Part shown: positions 52,401 to 64,000 of the stretch, piece by piece | Position numbering within the stretch: the stretch's first letter is position 1 | Layout: each line of letters starts with the position of its first letter | Source: Callorhinchus milii | Taxonomy: Eukaryota | Assembly (NCBI RefSeq): GCF_018977255.1 | Contig: NW_024704743.1 | Coordinates: 107,200,001-107,264,000 of the forward strand | DNA length: 64,000 nt | Direction of reading: 5' to 3' | The notes under the pieces: model-generated | Database searches by the model: none | The model's input: only the letters and a program-made list of their open reading frames with translations | Told to the model about the DNA's origin: nothing | Position numbers and translations under genes: made by a program

Positions 52401-55400
52401 GTTCAACCAATTCCAAAAACAACAAAAATATTACTTTTCACACATCATTTCTGCTTATACTTCTTATAACTTTCAATCTTTTTCTTCATCAAATATTTGT
52501 CCATTTTTGAACGAGTTAATAAACATAACGTTAGCTGCGTTTTTCCAGGCATCTACTCCACATATCTAATGCTACATGGAAGAGTAAACAAAAACACTCC
52601 CAAAGTTTTCTGATAATCTCTGGGCTCACTGGAAACTTGTTTAGTGCATACTCATATTGTTTAGTTTTGTGCTTATTGTCCAAGTTAAATCTCCATTATC
52701 TGTGACTCCCAGCATTTTAAAGATCTGGATCACGTTTCCTTTCAATCTTTTCTCCAACGGAAACAACTTCAGTCGATGTGTCTCTCGTCATAATTTATTA
52801 CTCCTGGAATAATCCATTTCTCTAATCTCTAAACACTAAATCCAATTCCAATGAATGTAGTTTATTCACAATATTCCAATCATCTCACCAATCATCTGTT
52901 CAAGTTTGAATAACTTGTTATGACTTATTGTCAAATGCTGAGAAATGTAAGACCAGTATTTCATTAACCTTTTCAAACATTAATTTCTAATGGTAAAACT
53001 TGTCTATTATCATCTATAATGACAATAATGAACTCTGTACTGAGTGGCCAAGAAACTTCTTCCCATATTCCCTGCTTGTAGCGTTCAGCTTTTATTTGTT
53101 CAATGGAAATTCCAATTTTGTGCTTTGTAAATTATTAGAATTCGATTTTAGCCCATTTTAGTTCACACCATTCTGAAATGTTTGCCTGCAAAGCTTATTG
53201 TAAGTCTAAACGTTTCATTTCCTGCACACATTTCTTAATATTCTTAATATTCATATTCAGTTTTGTCTTACAGAGACGCAAGCAATAACTCTGGCTGAAA
53301 ATGCTGCTTTGCTTGCATCCTGCAAACAGAAGGACTAACTGTACTATTTATATCAAAGTGTTGCATACCTACCTCTAGAAGCTCAACTACACTGCCTTTG
53401 CACGTCCTCCTGACATTTAAAGGCTCTATAAAATGTAGATTTGTTGTTGTACAGGACAGCCCCATTCTAACCTGCCTCGTATAAAACGGATTATTTTAGA
53501 ATGTGATTGGGTTGTGGATCCTGACATTTTACAACCTGAAGATCCAAATCCCATGCTCACTCTTCAAATCACATCATCACCACAATAATGTAGTAGGCAT
53601 TTTGTTATCTGTCCACCCAAATCCCATGAAAGTGACTGGCCTGCTTTCTGCACGCATGTAAGTGCGTGACATCACTTATTATGTGATCCATCCCATCTCC
53701 CATCTTATAATGGGTGATCCTGTATAGGTAGGGTGAAGGGACTGCCATTAAATGTCTACGAAACTGATAACATTCGCAATAACTGATGCAAATCCAGATC
53801 AATCCAAAGTAAATTTGATTCAAACTACTGAGAATAGGGTTGGAAAATTGCTAGAACAGCAAATTCTCCGTGTGCCTAGACTCCAAGGCAGTGCCAGAGC
53901 AGAGCTGAGGTGTTATGAATTGACATGACAGACATGGGATTCACTGAAAAAATCCAGGAACATTGTCACTTTCATCAGCAGTGCTTTTTCAAGCTCTTTG
54001 TTAATTGCAGTTAGATTCAGAAACTAACTGGAGACTGATCTTGAGTAGCTTTTGTGAACTGGAGAAAAGCAGCATGCATCTGCCAAATCAAACTCCTTCA
54101 CTAAACTTATATGAGCTGCCTGAATCTGACTAACCAGTTGATGCATATCCGGAGCAGATCCATCACCTTATTCCAATCACACTCAATCACAAGTGGGCTG
54201 TTTCTTTAGTAAGTCACTTTTGGTTTTAGTTCAGATAAAATGATGCTTAATTCTGGTTTTATGCATTTACACCATGGCATAAACATATGTTCTTGGAGTA
54301 TATTTTTCATAAGTTGTAAAAACAGGGCCCCCTTGCTAAATAATGAGGTCAGCCCTTTATTCCTGTAATTGAATGTTAAGTGCAACACATGGGCTACCTA
54401 GACCTCTTTCAACTTCACTGTCTCTTGATCTGCCAGATGGGTCTCCTGAACTAATACATCAGATTGAAGGGGGCTTTAATTTCACAAGCATATTGAAGAA
54501 TTTAAGCAAGGAGTTATTACCGTATAGATTCCTCAAGTTAACCCGAATTTTCACCTGTGGCAACAATGCTTGAGAACAAAACCTGTGCATCCCACACTTG
54601 TGTGAATATTTCAGTCTGTCCCTCACTAAAAGGATCCTCAGTTAGACAGACAGCCAGTGTTAATAGGTAAGAGACAACCTCCTTCTATACCACAGGAAAG
54701 GCAATGTACCATATCCATGGAGAATATACATAAATGTGCTCATACACATAAATACTGCAATAAACCTAAATAACAGCTGCCCCCCATCTGTGTCACCAAA
54801 CAAGAGCGCTTTCAATTTACTTAACCAATATTTACACACTGCCACATACAATAAACCTAAAAGTTTGCCTTTGCCCCCCACACCCTCTTTCCTCAAAAGA
54901 CTGAGTTGAATTATCCTTACCTGCTGTTTCTTGAAGTAGAAGCCAACCTCTATGCCATCCAATAGCTAAACTATTAGACTTTACAAGTCTTCTGAGGGAA
55001 AGGGCTCCAACTCAAGGGTAAAGGAAAATATGGGAAAGGGAGTGCTGTAAGGGACCAAACATTTAAGTAGGTGGAAGCTGATTTACTCACAACATCAGAA
55101 AATTTCCCTGGGAGAGGCAAGGGTATATTGGAACCTCTTATCTGTTCAGAATTAGTACAATAAAAACAACTGGAAGGCACAGTGTTCAAAACGAAAAGGC
55201 ACCTTCACCGCCCATCCTTGCCCATAGCTGAACTAAACATGGTCAGCAATTAAATGTACAACTTGCATATTTAAAGATTGTTGAATAAGTAGGAACACAC
55301 AATAAAGTTTTAGCAGCTATTATGAGCGAAGCCTGTGCTTAATATACTAGAATGTATACTGAGAGGAAATTTAGACATGGGTCTGCGGATCAAGACAGAA

Positions 55401-58400
55401 CTCGTACTCTAATTGCAATGACAGATCAACCAAGCAAAAAGGATTCAGTCATCTGATCATAATAGGTCTGCTATAGATGAATCCATCCACATCTCCTATG
55501 ACCTTCAATGATTATTTCTGTCAATAACAGATGCCACAGACCCTTGATAAGTACAATCTTGACACCTGAGGTTTGAAATATTGTAACCTACAGCAGAAGT
55601 TTTCAAAATCAAAATGTCTTTAGTGCTTAAAAATTAGTTTACAAATACATAATGTACTCCTAGAGGGACACAGCAGATTCCTAATTTAGACTCCATGGTC
55701 ACCACTTGGATAATGATCAAACCATTAAAATAAAAGTACATAATATGCCCCCACCAAAGTGGTCAAAGTACTCACTTCAAGCTCCTGTGATCAATGGTTC
55801 AAGCACAAGCAATTGCTGATGTTTCAGTCTGCGGTCTACAAGTCTAATCAATGCAGTTGAATTATGTCTCTTTTAGCTAGTTACATGAGGCATTTGGGAC
55901 CTTCAGAGAAGTAAGGTTCCCAGCTGTCAGTTGTTTTAAAAGATGTTTAGACCTTATTTCCTCATCCTGAAATAGTAAGTGGCCATGATGGGAAGAAAAC
56001 GCAGACAGTAACCAATGTGTTCTAGGTTACATAATATTAATGCAACAGAAATTTGACTGAGTAACACACTGGTGTATGCCTGTGTATTGTATGATTCTAT
56101 TTACATAAATAGAAACAACAGTTTCCCCATGAGATACACAATTTATACAATGAACCAGCCGAGAAACATCAACTTGTTTATTCAGAGTCTCTCTCTGTCT
56201 CTCTCACAGCTCCGTATATAAAAAACATTACAACTCTATTATGGATTGATATTTACTTGTATTGTGGTACTCACAGCCTGCACGTAAAATCCAAATTGTG
56301 CTAATGCTAATGTTTGGTCGCTAAGATTTTTCCTTCCCACCAAATGTATGGCATTGCATTGATCATAGGACATTTATGGCGTAAAATAATAAGGAAAATT
56401 GGGTTATGAAAAAATAAAGCGAGGCTACCATATAATAATGATATGTTTTAAGCTTTAAAGGGCATTAGGAAACTAATTTTAAGCACAATGCATTTCATCA
56501 GATATATTTGCCTATAGGGATTTTTTTGCCTGAACCATTTATTGCCATTTTAATCTTTGCAACATTACCACGTACCTGCTCTGACAATGTCTGATATATT
56601 ACACAAATCATTTTCATGCTAAGAAATGCCCAATGCGATCAGTAAGATTGGAAGGGAAAATGCTCCTGCAAACATTTAGCTTAAAAAGAACAAGCTAAGT
56701 ATTTGACAGTACAAAAAAATCTCAAGCGGCCACTGAAGTGAAATGTCAGATAATAAAAAAGAAAAGGAGGATATTTAAACAGAGGTACTAAGGAAGAAAT
56801 GAAACGGGTAAGTAGCTTCATACGTTTGTTTGCACTTGTTACACATTTGGTTGGAACATGTTTACAAATATTTTAAACATGCAACTTTTTGAATCATTTT
56901 TGTAGGAACGGCAGTGGGCAATCTCATTAACAAGGGATCAGAAATCCTGACTATTTTTATGTAACAACACATTATATTGCGCACATACTCCTAATTTTCT
57001 ATCTAATATACATATACGTCGTATCCATCAAACTGAGATACAAGTACAATATTTTTTGTTACAATTGGTTTTAAAGAATCATTTTGAACCCCTTTAAAAA
57101 GCACAAAGACTTGGGGAGAAAATATTGCTCACTCGATCAACATGGGAAAATGTATTCCACTTTTGATTCTAAAGACAGCCTTATAAAATATGAGACAAAC
57201 AAGTTACACAACACTGCAGTTCTCAAGACCCTGTGATTTAAATGATACACAACATTTAACATGACAGCTGCCTCATTAGTGTGCCGTTGGAACTTGAAAA
57301 TAAAGCACATTTGCACGCTTTGTGTTCTGCACTGCAGCATTGTAAAAATGTCATAACATATAATGGCACAACGGCAATATTCTTTGAAATGATATATAAT
57401 TTGGAGTCTGTTACTGTAAAAAATCTTGTTTTGAAACATGAATCAGTAATAGCACCAATTCACACAGTATGGATGTTGTATCCCTCGTTACTGGTAATGT
57501 TTTTTCATCACACCTCATATAATGTAATTGCCAGAAAACAATGTTTTGACCACTCCTTGTGCCACTTGCAGCGAAAGCAAAATGATTCTGCTACAATCCA
57601 AAATTCCTATCTGTTTTATACATATTATGTATATATAGGGCTTAAGTTAAACGTTAAAACCATTACAAATCTAAATCTAATAAATCATTTGCTATAATAA
57701 CTTTTTTTCATTAGCTATTGAAGTCTGCCAATTTTTCAGCTACATTTAATCTCCCACAGAAAAGAGTTTGCTTTTCACTAATGCATTCAAGGCAACAAGA
57801 GCAATTTTTTCTATAATGAAGACCTCTGGGACAATACACAGTAATCACTTTGCTAAATCGTTGGCTTGTTTCAGTAACGTGTACAGGCTTGTTGAGATGT
57901 CAGTCTGCATTACACTAACTTGATTACTCAAAACCTGTCAGTTCTGTCATTTATGAGGTGAAAGATCATCAGGTCAAGCAGATTTAATTGGCTGGGTCTC
58001 TGTAGACTGAGATAAGGTCCTAGTAATTTGTTTTGGACAACTTGGGCAGTTCACTTATGCTGCTTTTATATTGTGGCCTGGAAGCTCAAAATACAGCAAC
58101 ACACTGGAGGCTTGCCGTGTATTGAGCCTTGCTGTTTTTACAATGCCTCTGGACTTCCAGCAAGCTCTTGTGGAAAAGTGATGTTTTGTTTTCAATCATC
58201 GTTTTGTAAGTAGCTCAATGAAGTCAGACTTACATTCTTGCGCCTCTGTAAAATCATTAGAAATAAATGTCTGCAATCTCCACCGCTAAAACAATGGACA
58301 ACAAAGGAATGCCCCTTCATTTTTTATTGTTATTTAGGTGGCGGACATTGCAAAATTAAAATTTATAATGGCTTTGTGATCGAACACTGACATCATTACA

Positions 58401-58423
58401 CTATTTACATACTACTTCACCTA

Positions 58424-58748
58424 CGTGGAGTCCTGTAGCTCAGTGGTTAGAGCACTCGCTTTGCAAGCGAGAGACCTGAGTTCAATTCCAGGCAGGGCGA
58501 AACCTTGGGCAAGTTTCCTTACTCCACACAGAGCCTAATAATAATCCCTCCAAAAACAAAAACAATAATAAATTGGTCATTTTCAATCTACGACTGTTTG
58601 TGGGACATTGCTGTGCGCAACTGCTGCCGCGTTCGCCCACAAATATGCAGTCAATTCACTTTACAGTGTGTTCTGTGAAGCGCTTTGGGACGTCCTCCCG
58701 ACATGAAAAGCGCTATATCAAATGCAAGGATTATGATTATTATTATTA
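58424..58748 (+). mobile_element. Full-length young tRNA-derived SINE (tRNA-Ala-like head, Deu-type 3' body, L2-type tail)
   Basis: A box TAGCTCAGTGG, B box GAGTTCAATTCC, anticodon arm CTCGC-TTTGCAA-GCGAG. Body ctgtttgtgggac..gctgtgcgcaa; tail gcgctatatcaaatgcaaggat(tat)n is shared by many copies in the window. Confidence 0.92.
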
Positions 58749-60679
58749 CGTGTGAAATATCATTGGAGCCAATTGTACAGTGCTGATCTTCTCAGTACAG
58801 AGTCAGATCTCCTCTACATGGGGCAACGCAGAACAACTCCCAAATTCCCAAATTTGATACCAGAAAATTATTATTACAAGATGATTCCAGGGTCAGACTT
58901 GCCTCTGAAGGCAAATTCATAAGATTAAAAATACTATGAGATTTGACTTCACCGTGCATTCAAATTAATCTATCAATTTTACGAAATTTCCCAAAATACT
59001 GATATTTTAGTTTTACCTTCCTACGTAATGAACTACTGTCAATCACAGTGAGCATTCTACGAGGAAAATTATTACAGATCTCAGTTCATAGAGTACATTG
59101 AATGATACCAAGCAGAAAAAGGCCATTTGGCCCAACTAGTCCATGTCTGTGCTTATACTCCACAAGAGCTTCCATCCCTTCTATTTACCTCTTGTTACCC
59201 CTCTATTCTATTCTCCCTCCTGTATGCTTCAAGTTTCCTCTTGAAAATATTGACCCATTTTGAAACAACCACAACTTCCAGCTGCGAGTTCCACATTCTC
59301 ATTAATGTAATAGAAGTATTTATTTTATACTGGACTTGTATTCAGTTGCAGTCATTTGTTCAATTTGGTAAGATAGTGACACAGATGGCTGCCTGCATCA
59401 GCATCACTGCTGCAATCAATCTGTGAAAGTCTGATGAAGGAAGTAAAACAAAGAATATGGAGAATGTAGAGGTGTAACAAGCCAACCACTGCTGTGAACA
59501 TATGAACAAAAAAATGGTTCCAACTTGTCCTAAATTTTCAAACAAAATCTTACTCCCTATTTATTTATTGGAGTTACCGTTGAGTTAATGGTGTGTTCAT
59601 GTCAAATCTTTGCTAAATAGCCAGTATAGGTGTTAGGAGCATTAATGCAAGTCTGAGCCCCACTCCTAAAATCACCTCAGGAGCTGCAAGAATCAAACTG
59701 ACACACTGGTAGCAGTATAAATTGGGTTACTGCAGCAGACGATTGCAAAGGAACTGAATTGAAAATGTTTAAGCCTTGTAATGTTATTAAAGAGCTGGTC
59801 CCATTTCTGGCTCTTTAATAACACTAAAGTGCTTAGCAGAGCTTCATTCAACCCTCTAAAAAAGCAATTTCAGAGTGGGAAACATAGATTTCTCTACTAC
59901 ATAAAGGGCATCAGGTAGACAATGTTGGGAAAAATGCATTGTTTAAGTTAGAAATATAAATGTGAGAAATAAGCAAGATGATAGTTAGACAGTTAGTTGT
60001 TTTAGAAGCTTGAAGTTGCACTCATGCCAACTACTAATCCAGATTAAAGTCAAGCACGCAATTGTTTTTTCAAAAAGTTTTTCCCTTTTGTCAGGAAGAA
60101 GATAATAATTCTAATCGAACTAGTTTTCAATATTCCTACATATGCTTGATACATTGAGCTTGCAAGGTGAGGTACCCAAGTGGCTACGAAAGCTGATACT
60201 CATACCTTACGCTTGAAAAATGAACAAAAGGTATCCAATAACATGGCATTTGATCCTTTTAATGTTTGGCTGAGTGAGAAAAACTACTACCAGCATCTGA
60301 TTCCAGACTGCAGTGAAATTGTTAAAAAGCTGTCCTGCAAATAGTTGAATCTTTCTGTTGTCTCACTTAGAGGTCAAGGGTGACCTTTGTTAAGCAGCCC
60401 GGGTGCTTTACCTGAGTACTTTGCACAATGGAACAATTCTACAAATGATTCCAGATGGTAGGAAATAAAGCACATCTGTATGATATTCGATTGTTGATGA
60501 TCTCATGCTTTTGCTCTCATGCAGAGTAACACCTTTTTATGTTATGCTTTGAGATTATTTACCACCTTCTAATGCTATGATACTATGGATTTTTTTAACA
60601 TGTAACTCAGCAAGATATTTTAAACTATACAACATTAACTTTTTAACCTATTCAGTTAAGTAAGCATGTGATTTCCCTA

Positions 60680-61066
60680 TTGACTCAGTGAGTGAATACA
60701 CTGGGTAATGTTGTACTGAGCTATACACATCAGGAAGGACTCAGGTTTATTCCCTTGTCCAGGGATCAAGCTTGGGATCTTCTTTCTTTAAATTGGCTGA
60801 TCTGAACCAAGGCAGCACCAGAATTGACCTCAATAATCACGTGCTTGGGAGAGTGAAAATCAACCAAGGTTTTTCCTATCCAGAGACCCTTTGCTAGTGT
60901 AGATGTTGAATAATAATTGCACTGGGCTTGACTGTGGTTCAATAGCCTGCCAAGACTCACTGTTCAGGCTTACGTACAAAGAATGGCCACTTGGGCAGGG
61001 TACTGGAATCCGCTGCTACCCGTGGAACCACAGCAGGAGTTGCCACCTTTGAGAAAGTAGGAGTAA
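60680..61066 (+). mobile_element. AmnSINE2-like ancient SINE, near full length
   Basis: tactgagctatacacatcaggaaggactcaggtt...gctgatct...aatagcctgccaagactcactg...aagaatggccacttgggc...cccgtggaacc follows the AmnSINE2 consensus as I recall it. Confidence 0.7.
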
Positions 61067-62039
61067 GCAAATAAAAAATATTTTAAAAATATCACATACT
61101 TCTGAAATATTAATTTTGTTTTCCTAGTATCATTCTAGTGTTATGCTTAACATGCTATGGAGATTACTTTGATCCAAAAATTACATGTAACACAATTGTC
61201 TATATGGGCTGTGAATCTTTGGAGAGTGGATTTAAACCAAATGCAATTATACTAGTATAATCTCATTTTACAGCTATAATATTTTTTAGTTATTTTTACT
61301 TAAAAATTGCATCTGTTATAAGTGCACAGAGGCAAATTCATGAAATGTATTGAAAAGAGAATACAATAATAACAAATTACATTTGTATAGCGCTTTTCAC
61401 GTCGGGAGGCCATCCCAAGGCGCTGGATAATCAAGGATTTGCACCCAAGTTGGGGGCTGGACATGGAGCACGACAGAGTCTGCTGAGCAGTGGGAGTGGA
61501 CAGGTTGGTATGGAGTTAGCAGGTCACAGAGGTAGGGAGATGCAAGTCATGAAGAGCTTTAAAAGTGGGGATGAGGATTTTTTACCTTTATCCTCTGAGG
61601 GATGGGGAGCTAGTGGAGCCGTGCGAGGGTGATAGGTTCACGGAGCTTGGTGTAGGAGAGTATAGCGCTTATCCCACTTCGACCAATGCGTTATATGGAG
61701 CACGTAGAACACAGTAAACTCCTGAGTTTTCTCTGACATGACCAAAAAAGCTGGGTCGTTTGTAAAATATTCTGATTTGATTCTACATGCAAATTAATCT
61801 TCCTTTTTGGATCAACCTGTGACCCAGTTAAACTAAATATATTTAATGTACAAAGGGACAGCCTAAAAGCTATTTCTTTTGAAATTCCCTTCCATGATCT
61901 TATTAGAAGAGCATGTGTGTGGTTGCAATCAATACAATTTTTCTCTATTTCCATAAAATGTTTGATGCCTCATTCTCTTTTTATCCCCAGTCAATTTTTG
62001 TCTTTGCTGAAGGCGTTTGACTCCCGTTTTTTTTCTACT

Positions 62040-62365
62040 TGGTTACGGTTCCACCCAAATAGCCATTTTTCATGCGCGGGCCTTGGTAATGAGTCTTGGC
62101 AGCTTATTCATCTGAGGAAAATCACACTTAGATCAATCCTGTCCTCATCCAAATTACATGTGTGCACTTTGCAGCAGGAGTCTCTGGATAGGAGAGTGAT
62201 CAGATAGGGAAATTGACTAATGTTCCTTTCTCTAGCCCAGGTGTACTATCCCAACTAATGTCCCAGATGTGAGATGAGCTCTATGTGAGATTGGGACCTG
62301 TGTGACTTCATTGTCTGTATGGTCTAGTGCTCACCAGGTGATTCCTTTATCCAGCAGGCCACCAA
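62040..62365 (-). mobile_element. AmnSINE2-like ancient SINE, degenerate
   Basis: tgagtcttggcagcttatt...cagcaggagtctctggatag...ctctagcccagg...tctgtatggtctagtgc is the reverse complement of motifs in 60680-61066. Confidence 0.6.
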
Positions 62366-64000
62366 AGGAGTCTTGATGGCAAAATTATGAATAATCTTCA
62401 TTTAAATATTCATCTGACATTCAATAATTCCAAAGGGGAATTTATTCTTACAAGAGTATGACTGGAATCAGCTATTGTCAAAGAAACAGGGCCCTATCTA
62501 ATAAAGACTCTTATTCACTCTTAGTAATATTTATTCTCAACTACGCAGGAAAGACTCTGATGCTGATCTGACAGAATTTTCTGCCTCAATCCCTTTGCCT
62601 CACTCCCTTTTTATCTATCTTTAAATTCCAATTTATGACCTACCTCTTCGACCATGCCTATGGTTACCTTTCCCCTCCTGCTTGCTCAACATCCAACCCC
62701 GCCACTGTGCAGTGTTCTGAGATGCTATCCTACATGAAGGGTGCCATATAAATGCGACTTTTTGTTGAAGGAAACAGAATAAACAGGGTTCTAACATTCT
62801 ATTTATACTGAAATTCTTTCACCCGAATTCTGTGCAGAAATTGATGATAAACACAGTGTGAATTCTCTTATGGATCTTGAAGTGAATCTCTCAGAATCAT
62901 AGAAACCATCTCATCGAGCCTAAAATAGTGCTAGCTAATCCACTGGATCTAATCTACTCTTTAATTTGCTTCCTGTATTTCTTTATATTCTTCTTCTTCA
63001 AATGTTTATTCAATTCTATTCTAAAAGCCATTACAATCTCAGCCTCAATAGCCACTTGTGGAAACATTCCACATTCTGATGACCAATTGTGTGAAAAAAA
63101 GACACAAGTCATCTTGCAGGTTTCCTCATCCAATTGGATTCATCTGTCAAAACTCATTTAGTTCCCTAGCACTGACATGCCTCAACCTGAGAAGCTGACG
63201 AGTTTACCAATAAACTTAAAGTGCATGGTTTTAAGATAAATGTAATAGAGAAACAATTGAAGAGCTGAAAGGAGAGTAGGAGTAAAAGCATGTTTTTGTG
63301 TCTGGCTAGTTGTGATCAGTGACATACACCACGAATCTCACTTGGAACCGCTCTTATTTTCCATGAATATAAATGATACATTGGTATAGATCCCTGGGGT
63401 ACGCCAATAACTATATCCTCCAGCCTGAACAACTAAATGTTTGAAGCGGAAGACTTTTGTGTTTTACAATGTTGTAATAGCATAAGGGGTTTCCTTGTGC
63501 AATAGATTTGGAATCTCCCTTACTGCTAAGTGCAAGCTGAAAAAATTCCTTACATTTTGGGACAGTGATGCACAGAGTAGAAACTTTGGTGTCATTCCTG
63601 GAAAAGCATAGGGGAGATGATATTCAGGATTTTCTGCACTTCCACAAGGACTCGAAGCTTCTCCATGTTTGGAATAACCCTGAGAATGAAAAGAAGGGGG
63701 AAGTTATGCAAAAAGTATTCATTAACACCTATTGACTTCCCACTTCCTTTTGTCTCAAAGGTTGGATAGATAAACCAGTAGGACCTAGTAAAAGACTGAC
63801 CTGAAATGTTAATAAAGATCTCTCTCTCTCTTTCCCAAGGAGAGAACTGTGTGAACACATTGGAAGAAAGCCCATCAAGCATTGTGTGTGTGTGTGTGTG
63901 GAGGGGGAAGAATTTTAATCGGCAATACAGATTCCTTAAATCAGTTTTGAAGGACTGGCCACAGTTGATTTAATTGAAAAGTACAGCTGAGCACTACATC

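Noticed and set aside
58429..58500. tRNA-Ala(TGC) gene (and its inverted twin near 11291-11362)
   Set aside because: The T stem and first acceptor pair are imperfect, no T-run terminator follows, and the sequence continues directly into a SINE body and tail. It is a SINE head.
58420..58752. tacgtg target-site duplication around the young SINE
   Set aside because: The left copy overlaps the cgtggag start shared with the 11053-11367 element, so it is probably part of the SINE and not a TSD.
63195..63225. Hammerhead ribozyme at CTGACGA-gttta-ccaa-taaac
   Set aside because: The core start and a stem II are present, but the required GAAA is replaced by TTAAA and no stems I/III are evident. Other CTGATGA hits (15782, 16541, 51121, 59431) also lack the full topology.
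47677..64000. TOX exon 2 (about 66 nt, FDGENMYMSM-like) inside the window
   Set aside because: I checked minus-strand donor-like sites by eye (e.g. near 54553, 54919, 56574) and none gave a TOX-like peptide. The exon probably lies upstream, though a very divergent exon could have been missed.

Overview
AT-rich vertebrate genomic DNA. The repeat content suggests a cartilaginous fish, possibly elephant shark or another chimaera; this is inference, not shown directly. The window holds the 3' seven coding exons of TOX (thymocyte selection-associated HMG-box protein) on the minus strand: 47676-47434, 27626-27348, 22883-22653, 14380-14300, 13226-12819, 6581-6433 and 4859-4823. They splice at canonical GT-AG sites into a 1428-nt open frame (475 aa plus stop) containing the basic NLS, the HMG box, the Gln/Pro-rich region and the terminal LQRDKSLYLT. 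Exon numbers 3-9 follow human TOX as I recall it. I could not find exons 1-2, so they probably lie beyond position 64000. The introns are full of tRNA-derived Deu-domain SINEs with L2-type tails, L2 and CR1 LINE remnants, AmnSINE2-like copies, a hAT-type MITE, Penelope-type remnants and an unnamed dispersed repeat. I see no evidence of a prokaryotic-type or wholly new protein-coding system. The best leads are non-coding: degenerate Penelope-type hammerhead ribozyme motifs, a long fold-back in the unnamed repeat, inverted young SINEs around an all-phase-0 exon block (circRNA hypothesis), paired miR-430/302-type sites in the 3' UTR, a NAGNAG acceptor, a SOX-motif tandem array and several enhancer-like blocks. 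Repeat boundaries were read by eye and are approximate.
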